DNA of 64,000 nt, taken from NCBI GenBank assembly GCA_944323735.1, contig CALUTO010000006.1, positions 8,000 to 71,999 of the forward strand. Direction: 5' to 3'. The notes beneath the pieces were generated by a model, which worked only from the letters and a program-made list of their open reading frames with translations, had not been told where the DNA came from and ran no database searches. Each line of letters begins with the position of its first letter. The first letter of the stretch is position 1. Below, piece by piece: positions 58,754-64,000 of the stretch. The DNA is from Candidatus Gastranaerophilales bacterium (lineage in GTDB: Bacteria; Cyanobacteriota; Vampirovibrionia; Gastranaerophilales; Gastranaerophilaceae). The translations under genes were made by a program, and so were the position numbers.

Positions 58754-59881
58754 TTATTTGTCATTAAGCCTGAGGATAACAATATTGTCTTTCAGTATAC
58801 GTGCTTCTTCAGGTGTAAAAGTGTTGGTTTTTCCGGCGTACATAATATTAATTGAATCCGGACGCCGTGCATAATACTGTGCAATTCTAAGCTGGATTGC
58901 ATTCAAATTCAAAGCTCTTATTCTTGCTTTTTTATTTCCTTTTGCACCTGCGTGTGCTATGCCGCCGAGCACACCCCATACGGTAATGTCTCCCGTTGCA
59001 ATAATTTCCGAGCCAGGATGACAATCGCCGATTACCACAACATTTCCGTCATAGTTGATTACCTGACCGGAGCGGACAGTCTGTTTGTAAGACTTTGTGC
59101 TCATTTCCATTATTGCATAATCTTCTTCTGTGTATTCTTCTTCCGGTATTTCATAATCAGGTATTTCAATTTTTACGGATATACCGGTTTCAGGAATATT
59201 TTCCTGTTTTATTTCCTGTTCTTCGAAAAGCTTTTCAAGCTTTTGCTCCGAATCAAAAATACTTCCGGCTGTTGCCGTCACGCTGTTTACTTCTGTATTT
59301 TCATACAGTGTATCAAGTCCTGATTTTATTTCTTCTTTGATTTCTTCCTTTGCTTCAGTATCAGTCTGGCTGACCGGTTTGTTCAACTCGTCCTCCAGCT
59401 CTTTTTCTTCAATATAGCTGTCTGCTTTTAGTTCGGTTGCTTCTGTTTCTTCTTCTTTTTCCGTATCATTCCTGTCAGTGTATGCCTGCTGCTCATTGTC
59501 GGAACTGTCGTCGATCTGTGCTTTTTCTGTTTCAAGCACCTGTTCTTCAAGTGCAATATGTTCTGTCATAGGCACATATTGCGTAGGTTCGGGTATTTCA
59601 ACACCGTTGTCTATAACCATGCCCAGCGAAAGAGCAGCCTGTTTAGTCTGTTCGGAGTCGGCAGAAAGTGTGACAAGTGATGAATTAATTCCGTTTATGA
59701 GTGATTTAATACTCAAAAGCTGCGACTGATTAAGATCTACGCTGCCGAGTTTTAAATTTACTCTTTTATTTGATGCTGAATCTGTCTCAATAACTGAACT
59801 CAGTTCAAAAACAACGTCGGCAGGTGTTTTTGCGTATGACAGGTCAATAAGATAAATGTTATCTGCCGTTTTATTTTCCAT
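58754..59881 (-). CDS. minC: septum site-determining protein MinC (expanded acidic linker)
   Basis: 375 aa. C-terminal beta-helix wording VRSGQVINYDGNVVVIGDCHPGSEIIATGDITVWG. ~150-aa Glu/Asp-rich linker. Confidence 0.85.
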   Translation of the reverse strand: MENKTADNIYLIDLSYAKTPADVVFELSSVIETDSASNKRVNLKLGSVDLNQSQLLSIKSLINGINSSLVTLSADSEQTKQAALSLGMVIDNGVEIPEPTQYVPMTEHIALEEQVLETEKAQIDDSSDNEQQAYTDRNDTEKEEETEATELKADSYIEEKELEDELNKPVSQTDTEAKEEIKEEIKSGLDTLYENTEVNSVTATAGSIFDSEQKLEKLFEEQEIKQENIPETGISVKIEIPDYEIPEEEYTEEDYAIMEMSTKSYKQTVRSGQVINYDGNVVVIGDCHPGSEIIATGDITVWGVLGGIAHAGAKGNKKARIRALNLNAIQLRIAQYYARRPDSINIMYAGKTNTFTPEEARILKDNIVILRLNDK

Positions 59882-60047
59882 TTTTTTCTCCCGCTAATTT
59901 CAATAAGGCTCTAGCAGCCGTATCTTAAGGATATCTTAAATACCGGCAGATTACAAATATTTATGTTGTTTTGTATCGAAATGTTTATGTAAATTTTTAT
60001 TTAAATTTATGTATAATATAATTAAAGTTAATGGAGTGAGGTTTATT

Positions 60048-60884
60048 ATGTATAGAGAAAAAATAGTTAAAATGTGTATTATAGCAGGCTTTGTAGTGAT
60101 TTTTCTGCTATTTTTGCCTTTCTTTGCAGTTGACACACCGCATAGAGCTGCGGCACCGGTGCAAAATCCTGATGAACCGCCAGTCGAGATGCAGCAGCGG
60201 CTTGCGCAAATGCAAATGCAGTCAAAGGCAAGGGAAGCTCAAAATTCGGAAAGCTCTTATAACAGAGCTCACAATGCCGGAGTAAGTCTCTACGATGACA
60301 GAGACTATATCGAGGCTGTTGCTGCGTTCAACGAGGCTTTGAGAATAAAACCGAATTCTGCAATTGATTCGCTCTATCTCGGTATGTGCCAGAGTAAACT
60401 GCGCAGGCATGATTTGGCAGAACAAAAATTTGCGCAGGTTGAATCCGCATACAGAATGAAAAAAGAATACTGGCTCGCAAGAGCAATAAATGCACGCCGT
60501 ATTTCAAATGACAAATATCTGGAAAAAGCCCAAAATTATATACAACAGGCAACTGAAATAGCCCCTGATGATTTGGAAATTCTCTATAACAGAGCTATGA
60601 TAACAAAAACTGCATATAATGAATACAGAAAAGTCTATGAAGGACAGGGCGGCAGATATCTTGAAAAACCAAAAAATATTCTGATAAAAGCCTATGAAGA
60701 TTTGTATAACGCTTCTGTTGCGCAGGACAATGACAAATACATTGAAATTGCTCAAATGGGACTGGAACAGCTGCAAAATGAAAATTTAACGGATAAAAAC
60801 GAACAAAATTCAGTAAATGCAAATACCTCCTCTATTCAAGGAGTTGATCCGCAGCTTGTTGAAAATCTTCCGGTATTAAAATAA
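60048..60884 (+). CDS. membrane-anchored TPR-like protein
   Basis: Start revised to ATG 60048 after GGAGTGAGG. TM helix MCIIAGFVVIFLLFLPFFA. TPR-like AVAAFNEALRIKPNSAIDSLYLGMCQ. Confidence 0.7.
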   Translation: MYREKIVKMCIIAGFVVIFLLFLPFFAVDTPHRAAAPVQNPDEPPVEMQQRLAQMQMQSKAREAQNSESSYNRAHNAGVSLYDDRDYIEAVAAFNEALRIKPNSAIDSLYLGMCQSKLRRHDLAEQKFAQVESAYRMKKEYWLARAINARRISNDKYLEKAQNYIQQATEIAPDDLEILYNRAMITKTAYNEYRKVYEGQGGRYLEKPKNILIKAYEDLYNASVAQDNDKYIEIAQMGLEQLQNENLTDKNEQNSVNANTSSIQGVDPQLVENLPVLK

Positions 60885-61418
60885 TTAGCTGAACCAGCCT
60901 TTGACTGTTTCAAAAAGTCCTTTTCCGCCTTCAACAATACCGTCGGCAATTCCGCCCACGCCGCCGATTGCTCCTGATGTAGTATCGCTTGTCGCATTAC
61001 CCAGACCGTTAGTTACATCGCAGAATCCCTGTATAATCGCACCTGCTCCGTAAATTCCGGTGAGCCAGTTGTTAACTTTATTTGAGATAGTCTGGCCTTT
61101 GTATGCTGAAGACATTGCATTATTATAATTGTTCCATGTATTTTGATTCATTCCGTACATATTGCCGAATCCGCAGTTTCCGTATCCCATACCGAAGATG
61201 TTGTTATTGAAGCCGCCGAGTTTCGTATAATCAACTGTACAGTAAAGAGGTGCCTGATTATAATATGGTGCAGCATTCCAGATGCTTGCTCCCGGCATTG
61301 TTTCTGCAAAAGCTATGCTTGTTGATGTTCTGTGGCTGCCCCAGGTCGGGTTTCTCAGTGCTGATACATCATAGCCTTGATTTTTTTGAAATGTTCTAAC
61401 TTGATCGTACTTAGTCAT
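60885..61418 (-). CDS. hypothetical Asn/Gly/Tyr-rich low-complexity protein with glycine-zipper C-terminus
   Basis: 177 aa. GGFNNNIFGMGYGNCGFGNMYGMNQNTWNNYNN, then GIYGAGAIIQG and GAIGGVGGIADGIVEGGKG. Confidence 0.65.
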   Translation of the reverse strand: MTKYDQVRTFQKNQGYDVSALRNPTWGSHRTSTSIAFAETMPGASIWNAAPYYNQAPLYCTVDYTKLGGFNNNIFGMGYGNCGFGNMYGMNQNTWNNYNNAMSSAYKGQTISNKVNNWLTGIYGAGAIIQGFCDVTNGLGNATSDTTSGAIGGVGGIADGIVEGGKGLFETVKGWFS

Positions 61419-61732
61419 AATCTCATCTCTTATATTTTTTCCTCTTACATATATAAAGTATATATTTGATTTATGATTGATACTTCTGCGAAAAGTATGT
61501 TACAAAACTTAATAATTTTTTTCTAACCGCCTCTAAGCAGCAGTTTTTGAAGTTAAAAAAGTCGTTAGTGGGGCTAAAAAAATTGCCCTGATATATAAGA
61601 ATTTAAATTAGCTAAAAGCAGATAAGGAATGCCCCTTAAGGAGAATTCTTTCATATGCGTCAGCCTGTATACTTTATTTGTGTCTGAAAAGCCCTGAAAA
61701 ATTAAGAAAAAAACGGCACGAAAGGAGAAATT

Positions 61733-61840
61733 ATGGAAAAAGGTATGAAAAAGCAGCCGGCACATTCAAAAAATGATACACACAAGAAGCCGGCAACAAA
61801 GACAAAAAAACAAAATGATGTAAAAACCGCAAAAAAATAG
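61733..61840 (+). CDS. 35-aa lysine-rich basic peptide (below ORF-track cutoff)
   Basis: Hand-translated MEKGMKKQPAHSKNDTHKKPATKTKKQNDVKTAKK. AAAGGAG lies 5 nt upstream. A strong terminator follows immediately downstream. Confidence 0.5.
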   Translation: MEKGMKKQPAHSKNDTHKKPATKTKKQNDVKTAKK

Positions 61841-61845
61841 CGAAG

Positions 61846-61870
61846 GCGGGGGCTGCGGCTCCCGCTTTTC
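61846..61870. terminator. GC-rich stem-loop terminator shared by convergent genes
   Basis: GCGGGGGC-tgcg-GCTCCCGC followed by TTTTC. Confidence 0.8.
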
Positions 61871-62846
61871 AGTGTTTTGTTAAAAATTTGTCGGTTTTTT
61901 CAGCCATGAAAGTCGAAAAAACAGGAAGCAGTCCGTAATATATAGCTGCAAAAATCAATGTAGGTCTGACAATATTGATGCCCTCTATGTACTTTGGCAG
62001 GTTTATATCAAGTGCATTTGCACGTTTGAATTTTTCAATGAATTGTCTGCTGCCGGATTTAATCACCCTGTCAATACCGTACCCGAAAATCAGAGTAAAG
62101 GCTGTTGGAATAATATTATTGTAAATAAGCGGTTTTTTCCTGTTTTCTTTGATTTTCCGGCTTTTGTTTATTTGAACTGCTGATGTTGCAGCGAGCAGTA
62201 TATCTGTAGCGGCTGTAATATGCTTGTTTATGTCTGTGTCCAGTTTTGAATATTTTTTTGCAAATTTTATTACAAAAGGCTGACTCAGAAATTTACCGAA
62301 ACAGCCGGCAAAAAATTCGTGAGGCCTGTTTTTAAAAGACGGGTGTTTTGTTTTCCGGGGTTTTTGCGGCACGGGTTTTTTTTGAAAAACATTGTCCATA
62401 ATAAGCGGTATTAAAGAAATGGTAATAACTGATTTTGGAACAGCCGTCAAAAATCCCGTGCTCAGTTTGATTATTTGTGTTATGAAGCTGTAGCTTTTTG
62501 AATTGGAAATTTTGTGAACACCGGATTTATACAGATTGAGTGCGCTTTTTTTTAAATATTTTTCCGGATTTTTGTCTATCTTTTTAATTATATTTTCAAC
62601 AGGCAGTGCAGCCGCTTCCACCATGGCAAACTTGACCAGTCCGGAGCAGATTGAATTTGAGGCTGCATATTGTTTGTTTTCTTTTTCAACCGACGGTGTT
62701 TTTAAAATAGAAAATGTTCTCAGTCCTGTTGACATAAAAAGCGTTGTTACTGCAGCAAAAGATGTGCCGTGCTCTGAAATGTTTTTTAGCCCTGACAGAA
62801 GATATTTATTGTTTAATGCTCCTTTGAAAGACGGAGTGACTTTCAT
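61869..62846 (-). CDS. hypothetical integral membrane protein with internal duplication
   Basis: 325 aa. Two halves each have TM - Lys-rich loop (VEKENKQ / IKENRKK) - TM. No family recognised. Confidence 0.7.
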   Translation of the reverse strand: MKVTPSFKGALNNKYLLSGLKNISEHGTSFAAVTTLFMSTGLRTFSILKTPSVEKENKQYAASNSICSGLVKFAMVEAAALPVENIIKKIDKNPEKYLKKSALNLYKSGVHKISNSKSYSFITQIIKLSTGFLTAVPKSVITISLIPLIMDNVFQKKPVPQKPRKTKHPSFKNRPHEFFAGCFGKFLSQPFVIKFAKKYSKLDTDINKHITAATDILLAATSAVQINKSRKIKENRKKPLIYNNIIPTAFTLIFGYGIDRVIKSGSRQFIEKFKRANALDINLPKYIEGINIVRPTLIFAAIYYGLLPVFSTFMAEKTDKFLTKH

Positions 62847-62997
62847 AATTCTCTTCTCCGGTGTGAACCGTTTCTTTTACAAGTAGACATCACTCAAGGA
62901 AAAAAGTAAAATAAATTTATTAATTCTTAATGTTTTATATTTATGTACTTGCTGCAAACGGTAATTTCAAAAGCAAAATAACAGAGAGACCGGAAAA

Positions 62998-63702
62998 ATG
63001 GGAGTTTCAAACGTCATAAGATTTATAAAAGGTGAGTTTAGCGGCTGGGGAGCGGCAGAGCGTTTTTTGTTCCCTTTAGCCTTAATCGTCCCTGTTTTTA
63101 TCTCTTTTTTAATAAATGACAGTAAAATTGCACTGGTGTCTTCTGTTTGCGGAATGAGCTATACTATACTTGCCGGAAAAGGAAAAGTTTCTTGTTATTT
63201 AATCGGAATCTGCGGTACGTTGTGTTATTGTATTATTGCATACAAAAACGGTTTTTTCGGAAATCTTGCCTTATACCTGCTTTATTATTTACCAATGCAG
63301 GTTACAGGGTTTTTTAGGTGGCGCAAACATATGAAAACAAATCAACAGGAAATAATAAAAACAAAACTTTCACAAAAAGAACGTTTTTTATATTTTTCAA
63401 TATCCCCGTTACTGACATTACTGCTCGGGTGGATATTGTATAAAACAGGCGGCTCATCGCCGTTTGCGGATGCATTTACTGTTGTGTTTTCAGTCCTTGG
63501 TATGCTGTTAACAGTAAAAAGATGTTATGAACAGTGGATAGTCTGGCTGTTTGTAAATGCAGTGTCCTTATATATGTGGATAATTGCCTGTTTAAACGGT
63601 GCAAACTGCTTTGCTACGGCTTATATGTGGTTTGTGTATCTTATACTCGCCATTTACTTTTTGATTGCATGGAAAAAGGAGATAAATAATGAATCTGTTT
63701 AG
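62998..63702 (+). CDS. pnuC: nicotinamide riboside transporter PnuC
   Basis: 234 aa. GNLALYLLYYLPMQVTGFFRW and FADAFTVVFSVLGMLLTVKRCYEQWIVWLFVNAVSLYMW parallel H. influenzae PnuC wording (from memory). Confidence 0.85.
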   Translation: MGVSNVIRFIKGEFSGWGAAERFLFPLALIVPVFISFLINDSKIALVSSVCGMSYTILAGKGKVSCYLIGICGTLCYCIIAYKNGFFGNLALYLLYYLPMQVTGFFRWRKHMKTNQQEIIKTKLSQKERFLYFSISPLLTLLLGWILYKTGGSSPFADAFTVVFSVLGMLLTVKRCYEQWIVWLFVNAVSLYMWIIACLNGANCFATAYMWFVYLILAIYFLIAWKKEINNESV

Positions 63703-64000
63703 TTTTCAGCGCATAAGAAACCGTGTATTTGTTAATTTTTTCGGAATAAAGTTCAAATACACCTCTTTTAATAATTTTGGAAAATACAGAAAACCTGACT
63801 ACAGGTACATTATTGACCTTGTGTCAGAAATTTCGGGAAAAGAAGTGAAAAATATTGACGACAGAAAAATATATGTAATCGGTGACAGTCACAGCGTATT
63901 TTTTTGCGGACAGGATTTTCTTTCATATAAAAAATTAAAAAATGGAATAACAACAGCCTGCTGTGCATTAAAACCTTTCAAAAACTATCATCTGGGTGCC
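63689..64000 (+). CDS. partial ORF, possible SGNH/GDSL-type hydrolase (N-terminal 104 codons; continues past window end)
   Basis: Hand-translated MNLFSFQRIRNRVFVNFFGIKFKY...KIYVIGDSHSVFFCGQDF... The GDSH block resembles SGNH block I. Overlaps the pnuC stop by 14 nt. Confidence 0.45.
   Translation, partial: MNLFSFQRIRNRVFVNFFGIKFKYTSFNNFGKYRKPDYRYIIDLVSEISGKEVKNIDDRKIYVIGDSHSVFFCGQDFLSYKKLKNGITTACCALKPFKNYHLGA

Overview
AT-rich chromosomal segment, densely packed on both strands with about 65 protein-coding genes. Many are translationally coupled through ATGA/TAATG start-stop overlaps. I recognised no rRNA, tRNA, CRISPR array, transposase, integrase or prophage signature. Most of the window is housekeeping: dnaG-rpoD, gap, recG, ilvC-cimA, thrS, gdhA, dnaX, folD, proS, rpmE, nadB-nadC, rplU-rpmA, trxB, rpsF-ssb-rpsR, minCDE and pnuC. 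It also carries envelope and signalling genes: nagZ, an LD-carboxypeptidase, Skp, an MlaD-like protein, fliD, a class III cyclase, a GGDEF/HD-GYP protein and an RpaB-like response regulator. The gene content suggests a low-GC, diderm, flagellated, non-photosynthetic relative of cyanobacteria (Melainabacteria/Vampirovibrionia-like); this is inference only. The dark-matter parts are concentrated at 30-37.7 kb, 47.3-53.5 kb and 60-63 kb. The best lead is a strong sigma-70 promoter followed by a ~235-nt structured leader. The leader partly resembles the cobalamin-riboswitch core and ends in an SD-sequestering terminator hairpin (36106-36375, minus strand). It sits in front of a three-gene operon of unrecognisable membrane, zinc-knuckle and helical-repeat proteins (33263-36105). 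Other leads are a CooC-like metallochaperone coupled to a core-MetE-like methyltransferase and folD, an overlapping nadB-nadC-etfB-etfA unit, an anthrax-lethal-factor-like (M34) zincin fused to repeat modules, and an animal-type phosphomevalonate-kinase-like P-loop kinase. Further leads are a duplicated Pro/Gln-rich N-terminal module with a 41-nt identical core, several small peptide genes below the ORF-track cutoff, and an orphan terminator suggesting an sRNA. All functional calls rest on motif recognition by eye. Coordinates I derived by hand (small ORFs, hairpins, promoters, revised starts) may be off by 1-2 nt.
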